Virus record (IMG/VR): IMGVR_UViG_3300045988_116781 | DNA from: a virus | DNA: 58,428 nt | Strand: one strand, 5' to 3' | Part shown: positions 1-8,900 of the stretch, piece by piece | Layout: every line of letters starts with the position of its first letter | Position numbering within the stretch: the first letter of the stretch is position 1 | The notes under the pieces: model-generated | What the model saw: only the letters and a program-made list of their open reading frames with translations | What the model was told of the DNA's origin: nothing | Databases searched by the model: none | Made by a program: the position numbers and the translations under genes

Positions 1-137
1 ACAACGGAATTGCTGTGTCCGGGAACGAGAACCAAATCACGGTAATATCCGAGAAGTTCATCAGCCTGCTGGAGAAGAAAGACGAGCAGATAAATCGGCT
101 GCTCGACATCATAGAGGGTTTCAGAAAAGACAAGTGA
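1..137 (+). CDS. 3' portion of an XRE-like HTH regulator gene that starts at 58163 and crosses the circular junction
   Basis: Frame 3 is open from nt 3 to the TGA at 135-137 and reads NGIAVSGNENQITVISEKFISLLEKKDEQINRLLDIIEGFRKDK. Nt 1-55 duplicate 58374-58428, so this continues the ORF at 58163..58428. Confidence 0.6.
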   Translation, partial: NGIAVSGNENQITVISEKFISLLEKKDEQINRLLDIIEGFRKDK

Positions 138-140
138 GAT

Positions 141-356
141 ATGGAGAATTATAGCAGATACGTCATAGACCTGTTGAAGCAGTCTTTCTCGGATTACATC
201 GCTACCGGGGAAGTGGATGCGGAAAGGCTCACGGAAGCCCAAAAGAGGCTATCCCTTGAGCTTGACAGGTGCAAGGTGGGTAATTTACCATGCGATGAGT
301 TGGAAGCCCTGTACGGGGACGTAATGTGGCTTAAAAGCGACTTGTTGGGGATATGA
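141..356 (+). CDS. hypothetical small protein in the lysogeny module
   Basis: 71-aa ORF. Its ATG lies 3 nt after the upstream stop and it overlaps the next gene by 4 nt, suggesting an operon. No recognisable motif. Confidence 0.5.
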   Translation: MENYSRYVIDLLKQSFSDYIATGEVDAERLTEAQKRLSLELDRCKVGNLPCDELEALYGDVMWLKSDLLGI

Positions 357-655
357 GCAGGAAGAGGGCATACAGACCGGAAACGGTGGCGGTAATGGAA
401 CGCTTCTTTCAGGCTCTCGATGCGATTATCGAAGCCAAGATGATACGTGGCGTGCAGACATACTGCAACGAGTTCGGGATAAACAAGCGGCATCTGTACG
501 TCCAGCGGAAAGACCTGTTCAAAGGCTTCTTTGAAATCTATTGGATCATGCCGATGATACAGAAGTTCGGGGTATCTTCCGACTGGCTTCTGTTCGGCAA
601 GGGCGACATGTTCAAAAAGAAGCGGAAAAAGACGGATAACGATACGGAACAATGA
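353..655 (+). CDS. CI-type phage repressor-like HTH protein
   Basis: 100 aa. The segment FGINKRHLYVQRKDL...KFGVSSDWLLFGKGDMF resembles the phage CI-repressor HTH family signature (LDWLLtGkG). It sits next to the integrase/att region. Confidence 0.6.
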   Translation: MSRKRAYRPETVAVMERFFQALDAIIEAKMIRGVQTYCNEFGINKRHLYVQRKDLFKGFFEIYWIMPMIQKFGVSSDWLLFGKGDMFKKKRKKTDNDTEQ

Positions 656-691
656 AAAAGGGAGAGCATGACCGTTTTCCCTTTTCTTCTC

Positions 692-790
692 TTTTCCCCC
701 ATACCCCCTTATCTCATCTAAACCCTACTACTAAAAATTATATATACCTTATAGATATATTATATATAAATAGGGGGTTTAAGGGGGAAA
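692..790. repeat. imperfect inverted repeat (C5/G5-rich arms) flanking a 57-bp AT-rich spacer
   Basis: The left arm TTTTCCCCCATACCCCCTTA (692-711) pairs with the right arm AATAGGGGGTTTAAGGGGGAAA (769-790). The spacer 712-768 is almost pure A/T, including TATATA runs. Confidence 0.7.
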
Positions 791-800
791 GACTTCATTT

Positions 801-1144
801 TGTTATAACACTTGTTATAACAAAGTCTATAAGTCGCTGATTTTCAGTCGTTCGATTTTTGATTTTGGATTTGTTATAACAAAATTTTGCGCAAAAAACA
901 GCCTCTAAAAACAGGAACTTTTGCTGTAAATCAATTAGTTACAACTTTTGTTATAACTCTTGTTATAACACTTGTTATAACAAAGTCTATAAGTCGCTGA
1001 TTTTCAGTCGTTCGATTTTTGATTTTGGATTTGTTATAACAAAATTTTGCGCAAAAAACAGCCTCTAAAAACAGGAACTTTTGCTGTAAATCAATTAGTT
1101 ACAACTTTTGTTATAACTCTTGTTATAACACTTGTTATAACAAA
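801..1144. repeat. perfect 160-bp tandem duplication (2.15 copies)
   Basis: 801-960 is identical to 961-1120. A third copy starts at 1121 and diverges after 24 nt. Confidence 0.95.
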
Positions 1145-1334
1145 ATGCGTAACACGCCATTTCGGGCAAAAAATAAAAAACGGGCATTTGATTTTCAATT
1201 AGTTATGAAGTTTGTTATAACACTTGTTATAACAAAAATGAAAGCCGCTTTTTACTTAAAAACGGCTCATTTTTGAAAATCGCACTATTGATTTTCAATA
1301 AGATACAAACTTTGTTATAACTCTTGTTATAACA
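801..1334. promoter_or_regulatory. array of 14 copies of the 10-bp palindrome TGTTATAACA (iteron or arm-site-like)
   Basis: Copies start at 801, 813, 872, 949, 961, 973, 1032, 1109, 1121, 1133, 1213, 1225, 1313 and 1325. Three of them end in T instead of A. Clusters are spaced exactly 12 bp apart, and the last copy ends 3 nt before the integrase stop codon. Confidence 0.6.
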
Positions 1335-1337
1335 AAA

Positions 1338-2483
1338 TCAATCCAATATTTGGGGTATCTGCTGGACGGCTTTCTGCTTGTTCTTGTCGAGTACCTTTGC
1401 GTAAATCTGTGTTGTGGAGAGGTCCCGGTGTCCGAGAAGTTTCGACACGGTGTAGATGTCAGTGCCAAGGTCGAGCATCATTACGGCGAATGTATGCCGT
1501 CCGCAATGGAATGTTATCTCCTTGTCTATCCCTGCTCTCAGTACCCACCGCTTTATGGCTTCGTTGGTACACGATGGGGAATATATGTCCCCGAATACGC
1601 TTTCATTCGGTTTACCTCTCTTGCCCATAAGTTCCGCTGCCTGCGGCGTGATGTCAAGATATTCAAGACCTCCCGTCTTTTTCTGCTTGAAGATGATCCG
1701 GGTATATTCGCCCTGTTCGTGTACCTCTCCCCACGTCAGTTTCAGTATGTCGCTCCGGCGAAGTCCCGTCAGACACGAGAACAGGAACGCTTTTTTGATG
1801 TTTGGATATTCGCATTCGGTTTGCGCCAGCTTCTTCAACTCGTCAATAGTAAGGTACATTCTCGTTCCCTCCTCGGCCTTGAAGCCCTCTATGCCACGTA
1901 TCGGGTTGTGGGCGATAATCCTTTCATCGAAAGCCTGATTGAGACACGCACGCAGCTTGTTGAAGTAGCTGAGCTTTGAGTTCCTCGCCAAAGGTTTGTC
2001 CTTTGTCCGTTCCCGTTTGTCATTCTCCCATGCATTAGCCTTGTTGTCGAGATAGTCCCTGAAACCCTGTACCCATTCGGGGGTAATCTTTGCAAAGGTT
2101 ATCTTGTGGTTTTTCTCGTACTTCTCCAAATGCTTCAGGCACGAGTACCAGTTGCCCCAATTACCCCTGCTTTCAGTACCCAGCCGCTTTTCGCACATCG
2201 CACGGTAATAATCGAAGAAAAGGGTATCTTCCTTATATGCGGACTTGAAGCCATATTCGTCATTCTGTATCTCGACCGTGCGCTTTGCCCGGATGGCTTC
2301 CGCAAGCTGCATCGTCTGTCGGTTCTGCTCCTTGTCGGCACGTGTATGTTCCGGCACAAGGTAGAGTTTCAGGTATTCGTATTTTCGTCCCTCTTTCGTG
2401 AACACGTCAAGGTACAGGCTGGTATTTCCTGATGGCATGAGCCGCTTCCGCAGGTTTACCCGTTCTTTCTTTTTTCTATCCAT
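1338..2483 (-). CDS. int: tyrosine recombinase / phage integrase
   Basis: 381 aa. The C-terminal catalytic region reads ...CLTGLRRSD...HCGRHTFAVMMLDLGTDIYTVSKLLGHRDLSTTQIYAKV, which contains the R..HxxR..H..Y signature. Confidence 0.93.
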   Translation of the reverse strand: MDRKKKERVNLRKRLMPSGNTSLYLDVFTKEGRKYEYLKLYLVPEHTRADKEQNRQTMQLAEAIRAKRTVEIQNDEYGFKSAYKEDTLFFDYYRAMCEKRLGTESRGNWGNWYSCLKHLEKYEKNHKITFAKITPEWVQGFRDYLDNKANAWENDKRERTKDKPLARNSKLSYFNKLRACLNQAFDERIIAHNPIRGIEGFKAEEGTRMYLTIDELKKLAQTECEYPNIKKAFLFSCLTGLRRSDILKLTWGEVHEQGEYTRIIFKQKKTGGLEYLDITPQAAELMGKRGKPNESVFGDIYSPSCTNEAIKRWVLRAGIDKEITFHCGRHTFAVMMLDLGTDIYTVSKLLGHRDLSTTQIYAKVLDKNKQKAVQQIPQILD

Positions 2484-3053
2484 ATTCTTGTTACTTTTTT
2501 GGTGCTTTTGGTGCTCATTTTATATGAGCAACGATTTAGCACCAAAGTTACGGCATATTACCGACATAGCCATAGCAAATAAAGGGAAAATTTCAGATTT
2601 TTGTAAAATACTGTATTTCAATCTGTTTTTGCCGTTATTATTACCTGTTTTTGCTGTTTGGTTGCTATCTGTAAAGTCCTGATTTTTGCGACTTACTTTC
2701 CGATGCAGTAAGGTGACAAGTGTATCTATTTGATTTAATGCAAGTTGCTTGATTTGGTGCTATTGATTAGCAACGGAATAGCAACGATTTTGCGGAAATT
2801 AGTAACAATCGTATAGCAAAAATGGCTTCCGACCGATTTGTTTTGCTACTCCAAATATAGTCCAATTTTTCATTGGTTGTTACTTCTCCTGTGATGTCTC
2901 CCATATTGTGTATGGTTTCTCCGATGTCCCGTATTATGAAGTCTCCCGAAGTTGGCATATAAATAAAACAAACCCCCAGCAGTAGCAAGACCTGCCAGGG
3001 GCATTCAACGCAACCGATATAACGAATATACCAGTCTGTGCAAAGATATGAAT

Positions 3054-3374
3054 TTATTTTTTCAATTTGGACTTTAATATCATTTCTCCGTTGTCCTCAT
3101 TGCGGATAAATACGTCACATGTAGTGAGGTGGAACGTATGCCTTACCATAGCACCAAAGGAGTTTTTACCGCCAACCTCCAAAGTCCATTTCACTTCCCC
3201 GACTTTACTGTTCTCGTTCACTTCGTATTCTTCGCTGTAAACCTTGATTGAGGACGGGTCTTTGAATGTATCTTCAAAATAGAGCATATAGAGGTCTCTG
3301 CCACTCCTTACGGAAGACGGTTCGCAACTGTACAGCAGAACTGACAGCAATATGAATGATAATATCTTTTTCAT
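3054..3374 (-). CDS. small lipoprotein (moron candidate)
   Basis: 106 aa. Signal peptide plus lipobox: MKKILSFILLSVLLYSC. Confidence 0.6.
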   Translation of the reverse strand: MKKILSFILLSVLLYSCEPSSVRSGRDLYMLYFEDTFKDPSSIKVYSEEYEVNENSKVGEVKWTLEVGGKNSFGAMVRHTFHLTTCDVFIRNEDNGEMILKSKLKK

Positions 3375-3377
3375 GGA

Positions 3378-3866
3378 TTATCGTTTTGTGAATGTAATGT
3401 CGTTGTTATCTGCAGTTCCGTATGCACGGAGCTTGATTGTTGAGTTGTCCACGATGGTTAGGGTACGCTTATCTTCCTTGTTCGTCACTTCTCCGCTGCC
3501 AGTGTTGTACTCGTAAAATGAAATGGTCTGTTCCTGACCGTCATATACAGGTGTTGAGATAACGAGATAGCAAACTGAATGCGTCTCAACTCCTGTATAT
3601 GTTTCGTCTATTACAGCATCTCCGCAGGCTTTGAATGTTCCGAACAGACTTACAACTTCCTTTGGCTCTGAATAGGGCGTAAATGTGATTTCTTCGGTAC
3701 GGTATACTGTTGTACCGTTGTTGATTGAATACTCTCCGTAGAAAGTCCCTTGTAAGGCTTCCAGTACGGACTTCTCATGCTCGTTGAACCCGTTAAATTC
3801 CCCGTCGTCTTTGGAGCATGAGCCAAGCATCAGGATGACGGCAAGGATTGGTAGAACTTTTCGCAT
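3378..3866 (-). CDS. lipoprotein (moron candidate)
   Basis: 162 aa. Signal peptide plus lipobox: MRKVLPILAVILMLGSC. It lies 3 nt upstream of the next lipoprotein gene. Confidence 0.6.
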   Translation of the reverse strand: MRKVLPILAVILMLGSCSKDDGEFNGFNEHEKSVLEALQGTFYGEYSINNGTTVYRTEEITFTPYSEPKEVVSLFGTFKACGDAVIDETYTGVETHSVCYLVISTPVYDGQEQTISFYEYNTGSGEVTNKEDKRTLTIVDNSTIKLRAYGTADNNDITFTKR

Positions 3867-3991
3867 TATTCTTAATTTTAAGTTTCAAATTCCTATCCGT
3901 ATCGCCTTGCCGTTGTTCCCGGATGCGCATAAAAAACGTGGGCATCCCTCGTTGGTAAAGAGGCATCGCCAAACGCCCGTAGCCCACAAGG

Positions 3992-4019
3992 AAAATGCCC
4001 ACGCATATGACGTGGGCAT
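3992..4019 (-). terminator. candidate intrinsic terminator after the lysis cassette
   Basis: On the minus strand, ATGCCCACG-TCATATG-CGTGGGCAT forms a 9-bp stem and is followed by TTTTCC. It lies 138 nt downstream of the spanin-like gene. Confidence 0.4.
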
Positions 4020-4156
4020 CTACCATTGCTTTTAAGGCTACGTGAAATTTTGGCGATTTTCTTTACCTCAAAACAATAGCAAACGCTATACTTTTTCAAT
4101 ATGTCGCTCCAAAGGTACGCAATTTTTTCATATCGCGGCAACAATTTGCAGGATAA

Positions 4157-4636
4157 TCATATAAACCGCCTGATGAGAGCCAAAAACGGCTTCCTAAACA
4201 CATAGACCACAAGCACTACGAGCACGACCCAAAATCCCCTCATCTGTGTCTTCTGCCATTTGGTTAGCTCACGTTCTACCGGAACAATCTTCTCTACTTC
4301 AATATTACGGTAAATGATGCTGTCCTTACGCTCTTTCGGGACTTCAACGGGGATTCCCTTTTCCTGTGGTTTTGTCCTCAAATCATGGTAGAGCGTACCG
4401 TCAGAGTTTATCCGTGCATCTGACTCGGCAAAGTCGTTTTCAAGGTGTGAGGAACTGTCACGGGTCGTCCGCTCCGCCGTCTGTGCAGGAATTTCAACCG
4501 TAACTGTGTCGTGTATGTATTCAACCGTTTTAACGACCTCTACACGCACGCTGTCGCTTTGGACGGTAGTCAGCTTCCGGCTTGTGCCACAAGCCGTGAG
4601 AAGCAAAATTAAGGTGCAAATAAGGGCTGTTTTCAT
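4157..4636 (-). CDS. unimolecular-spanin-like lipoprotein with C-terminal TM helix
   Basis: The internal start MKTALICTLILLLTACG carries a lipobox, and the C-terminus FWVVLVVLVVYVF is a TM segment. Its ATG overlaps the endolysin stop (TAATG). Confidence 0.5.
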   Translation of the reverse strand: MKTALICTLILLLTACGTSRKLTTVQSDSVRVEVVKTVEYIHDTVTVEIPAQTAERTTRDSSSHLENDFAESDARINSDGTLYHDLRTKPQEKGIPVEVPKERKDSIIYRNIEVEKIVPVERELTKWQKTQMRGFWVVLVVLVVYVFRKPFLALIRRFI

Positions 4637-5145
4637 TACTCCGAGAATGTTAGTGAGTTGATACGATTTTTCCATCCTTTCAGGAAGCGTGTCTGTGACG
4701 GATCCCGTTTGACGATGTTCTCCACGAACTCGATGCGCCTGCTGTGGATTTTGTCGAACAGGGTGCGCTGGTCGGCTGTATTGATTGCGGTAAGGGTATC
4801 GTTCCCGACAATGCCGTCCACTGCCACACCGAGAATTTTCTGCACCTGCTTGATTGAGGTTACGGTTCCCGAAGCCCAAGCCCAATCAACAACAATATCG
4901 GCTATTGATTGGTTGTTGATGTCGTCTGCTTTCCACTTGTCCCAAAATCCACACTTAAAGATGTGAAGCCATTGTTCATCTGTGATGTTCTTCAACTGTT
5001 CCACCGTGGCTTCCTTTCCGTAGAAGTTCCTGAATGTACCTATGGTGATACCCTTGTTCGTTGCTCCGCCTCTGTCCAGCGGATCATCAACGAAACCGCC
5101 CTCCCAGCGGAGGATAAACGGTTTCAATAGTTCTGCCTTTGCCAT
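4636..5145 (-). CDS. endolysin, glycoside hydrolase family 108-like with peptidoglycan-binding C-terminus
   Basis: 169 aa. The N-terminal ILRWEGGFVDDPLDRGGATNKGIT matches the GH108 signature. Confidence 0.8.
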   Translation of the reverse strand: MAKAELLKPFILRWEGGFVDDPLDRGGATNKGITIGTFRNFYGKEATVEQLKNITDEQWLHIFKCGFWDKWKADDINNQSIADIVVDWAWASGTVTSIKQVQKILGVAVDGIVGNDTLTAINTADQRTLFDKIHSRRIEFVENIVKRDPSQTRFLKGWKNRINSLTFSE

Positions 5146-5153
5146 ATTGATAG

Positions 5154-5444
5154 TTATTTGGAATTGTTAGTAGTGTTGTCTATTTTCTTTTTACGCTCGC
5201 TCAAAGCCTTGTTGATACCGCCTCCGGCCATGAAACCGCCGATACACAGCATGAACAGTCCCAAAGCGTCAAGGTCTGTTTTAAGGTAGCCGTTGGTACA
5301 AACGTCCCATACCAAACAGAAGCACACACAGAAGCCAATCAATGCACCTACTATGCTTGACAGCACGAGTGCGAAAGACTTGCTGCTGTCAAGACTGTTC
5401 GCTTTTATCAGACTTTTCAGATATTCCGTTATTCCCATCTTCAT
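5154..5444 (-). CDS. holin candidate
   Basis: 96 aa with two hydrophobic helices and a charged tail (SERKKKIDN). It lies directly upstream of the endolysin. Confidence 0.55.
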   Translation of the reverse strand: MKMGITEYLKSLIKANSLDSSKSFALVLSSIVGALIGFCVCFCLVWDVCTNGYLKTDLDALGLFMLCIGGFMAGGGINKALSERKKKIDNTTNNSK

Positions 5445-5877
5445 TTATGCTTGGATAATATTTGTCATATTCGTGGTTGGCGAGTTTGACGAGACGGCAA
5501 TAATCCCTCGGAGGCATACGTTTCAAACATTCGTCATCAGGACGCACACAGATATTGTGTTGTGCTTCCATGAGTTTCAGTTTCAATTCGTTGTTCTCAC
5601 GTACAAGTTCATTGTTCAGCCTTTCCAACTCGTGCTTGTCAGAATAGAGGTTGTCAATGCGCTGGTTCAGCTCGTTGATTTTCCTATCCTGCTGTTCGAT
5701 ACGTTGTTTCAGGCTGTCAACGAGCTGTCTCATAACGTTAAGCTCCTTTTCTTCAGCCTCTATGTTCTTGATACGCCGTTCAGGCTTCATGAAGAACAGG
5801 AACTTTATCAATCCTATGCCACCGAGTGATGATACCACAAGGACTATTATCTTGACTATCTCGTTCAATATTTCCAT
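5389..5877 (-). CDS. N-terminal TM plus coiled-coil protein (lysis-associated, i-spanin-like or regulator)
   Basis: 162 aa with a TM segment (IVKIIVLVVSSLGGIGLIKFLFF) followed by a long heptad-rich region. It is the first gene of the lysis cassette. Confidence 0.45.
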   Translation of the reverse strand: MEILNEIVKIIVLVVSSLGGIGLIKFLFFMKPERRIKNIEAEEKELNVMRQLVDSLKQRIEQQDRKINELNQRIDNLYSDKHELERLNNELVRENNELKLKLMEAQHNICVRPDDECLKRMPPRDYCRLVKLANHEYDKYYPSINEDGNNGISEKSDKSEQS

Positions 5878-5906
5878 GCCTGTAAATTGATATTCGTTTA
5901 TGCGTT

Positions 5907-5937
5907 CAAAGATACTATTAAAGTACTTAATAAGTAC
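5907..5937 (-). promoter_or_regulatory. candidate promoter with palindromic operator upstream of the lysis cassette
   Basis: The minus strand reads GTACTTATTAAGTAC (5923-5937), then 8 nt, then the -7 box TATCTTTG (5907-5914). This is about 30 nt upstream of the ATG at 5877. Confidence 0.45.
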
Positions 5938-5955
5938 GCTATTGCGGCAAAAAAA

Positions 5956-8900
5956 TCAGTTCGTAATCCCCAGCCAGTCGTTTATATTCAGTATAATGAA
6001 CATGAATGAACCGTCATTGCGACTTGCATCGTCACTTGTATTTACGGTTATATACGATGAATATCTGCCTATTACTGTAGCCTTAATCGGTGCTTCACTA
6101 CTGCCCTGAGAATATCCTAATCCAGTAACAATAGCGATACAGTCATTTGCCGAATTGAACCAAGTAGAACTGAAATTCACTCTATACTGACCTACCCCTG
6201 TCCTTGATACGCTCATGGTCGTTCCGTCAAAAGTCTTGTAGCTTATGGAGGTTCCCGAACTTGATCCGGTAACGATACCCATAGCAAGCGCATTGAGTTT
6301 ACGGCCATATCTTGATTCCGTCATAAGGTTTATCCTGTTGAGCACAATCCAGCCGTAGAACTGCGTGGATGTTCCGTAACCGATAAGCTCTACACATTCA
6401 CGGGACAGCCTCAGGTAGTTCTTTGATATTCCGTTCTCATAGAAATACTTTCCTGTCGGTGCCGTGTACTCAATCGTCCCCTGCGAGTATTGGCTTCCCC
6501 AGCGGTAATTCGTGATGCACATCCTACGTCCGCTCTGCTTCACGTCCCATTCCAAATTTCCATTCGTAATCCAGCCTCCGCCTACTGAAATGGTCGCTAC
6601 GTTATCGTGCGTGGACTGCATGCCTCCAACCACGATTGAGTCTGTCTCCTGTACGAAAGGATTTCGCAATGAACCTTGCAGTAAGACATCCTTAAATGTA
6701 CCTCCCTCGAAAACTGCATTACGTCCCTTTACGGTGCCGTCTTCGGTAGTTTGGAAGTTGCCGTTCTTCGAATGGATGTTCTCGACAAGCAGATTTTCAG
6801 TATCAATCAAAGAGTTCTTCAGGTAACCTCCCTCAATGATTGTTTCTTTCATCACGGCATCCTGTTTAAGCTGTTTGAAGTCACCGTTGATGAAATTGTT
6901 AAGGCTGCTGTCGTCCGTGTATTTTGAAGCCTTTACCCAATCAGATGCGTAATAACTCCCCGAAGCTCTTGCGGTTTTACACCGCATTATGTCTCCTGAT
7001 GTACCCTGTACCCACAAATCCCCGATATCGTATGGCGGATAAGGTGTCGATACAAACACACGTCTTTTGCTGTCAGCCGTATCCTGTGCCTGCCCTGCTT
7101 TGGCAAGTGCCTCTACTGTGGCCGTGTCCGTTATCTCGACCCAAGAATACGAGCTGCCCGATTTAGTCCACCGCCAGGAACGTCCTGTTTTCAGGTTTGT
7201 AAACGTATCATTCAGATGCTTGTTTTTCTCCTCTGTAGTGGTCCATTGAGATGCAGGAACATTCGATGTAGTAGGGTTGTACTCATAGAAGAAGCTCTCT
7301 ATTGCCCCGTCTATCTGTGATTGCAGACCGCCTACGGCTTCCACGAACTCCTGCGCCTGCGTGTCGATACGCTCGTTCAGCTCATCTTCCAAATCGCTGA
7401 CGTTCTTATCCGTTCCGTTTGTGCTCCTGAACCTTATGTTTCCTCCGATTATGGAGTTTGCCAAGTCGAAATACGTCTTTCCGTCAGCAGAAACAATCTT
7501 GTCTGTTGTGATACGTCCGGGCAGAACTTCGGTAAAGCCGTACAGCGTAGCAAAGGAACGTTCCCCGTCATACTCGCTGTTGAGCACACCAACAAGCAGA
7601 TGGTAATATCCCGATACGTCATTCATGCCTATTGCGGTCGGAGAAAGCACAAATTCTCCCGTACCCGTGCCTGTCGGCACTTTGGCATAGAAGTAATACT
7701 TCTGTGATATTTGGTCGAGTACGGGGCTTGTATAGCCGCTCATAGTCCAATGCTTGTACGTGTTCTTATCACGGCTTGAGGTTATGGTGTCGATGCCGAG
7801 CGTCATGTGCTGCAATACGGTTGCAGGGGCTATGAGCTGCTTCGTTTCCTGATTGTACGTGATGTGGTACTGTATCGGGTTAAGGCTGCTGTCCACGAAG
7901 CGGAACTGCAAACTCTCGTCCCCGACAAGCATGGCCATAGTCTGTACCGCAATCGGATTGATACTGTTCGTGAAGTTCTCGAGTAAAGCCTGCTCCAACA
8001 TGTCGATTGTCTCCAAAGAGTCCCTGAACCTGCGTTTCGTGAACTGAATGATTTTCTTTTGGTTCTCATCCACAATAACGTTACCGTTCTCCAACTCGTT
8101 CAGAGTGGAGTTAAGGCTCTTTCCCGATACGCTGTTTGACAACTCCACCGTAGGAGCATACGGAGAAGTGAGATAGTCCTTTATGCCCGTTATCCTGATT
8201 TTCACACCGTCAGGCGCAAACTGATTGTCCGTAAACAGAACGTAACCGCCCACAACGAGCTTGCCGCCGACCTTTAGCCAGTTACGTTTTGCCCACATGC
8301 CCTGCAACTCTCCGCTGAACGTGAATTTGGTGTCCTCGTTCTCGTACAGATACCGGGCGGCTTCACGGAACATATCCCACGATGCGCCCGTCTTTGTTGC
8401 GTTGTCACAGATGTAGGCATCAGGAAGCATACATCCGAATATGGCGTAAGTGTCGCCCTCGTGAGGTATATACACGCCTCCGGGCATGGTCAGCCCGTCT
8501 ATCTCTTGCGGGACAATCTCAAACCGTCTTTCGGCGTGGTTGTACTTCAACTCGAAAGCCTTGTCATCTCCGGCCAGCATACCGCTCTGAAAGATGATGG
8601 TCATGTTTTCGCCCTCGATGAGATAGTCATTGTAGTTCAGGTTTTCGGGTATGGTGTTGTCTATGATGTCATAGAAGTTGTTGGCTTCATCTATGACCTC
8701 CACTTTCGTAACCTTGCCGACACGGGACGGATATATCTCCGAACAGTCCAGACTGTCCTCATTGTTGTAGAGTACAGCCTTATCCTGCCTCCTGATTGAA
8801 TAACCGTCAGCATCTGAAATGTAGGTGCGACCCTCGTATTCCAAGGTCTGCGATTTCGGAAGAAGAAGCTCTGCAGATCCGTACTTTGAGCGGTCTATGT

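Noticed and set aside
1-55. Terminal 55-nt identity as a biological direct terminal repeat or as att sites of an integrated prophage
   Set aside because: No host genes flank the element and an ORF reads through the join. The simplest explanation is assembler overlap on a circular molecule. This is retained as a finding, with a test that could overturn it.
652-840. 62-aa ORF across the inverted repeat and AT-rich region
   Set aside because: It lies entirely in repeat-rich, low-complexity non-coding sequence, has no RBS context, and runs into the palindrome array.
801-1144. Possible CRISPR array, because of the regularly repeated sequence
   Set aside because: The repeat unit is 160 bp and the copies are identical throughout, with no unique spacers. 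The short TGTTATAACA boxes are 12 bp apart with no spacer-sized unique inserts. No cas genes are present.
2767-2988. 73-aa minus-strand ORF in the non-coding region upstream of int
   Set aside because: It is isolated, has no RBS or operon context, and its composition looks non-protein-like. It is more likely part of the regulatory/att region.
4637-4885. 83-aa N-terminal extension of the spanin-like ORF (the full ORF is 4157..4885)
   Set aside because: The extension overlaps the endolysin gene in another frame and is Arg/Gln-rich low complexity. The internal start gives a canonical lipoprotein signal and a TAATG stop/start overlap.
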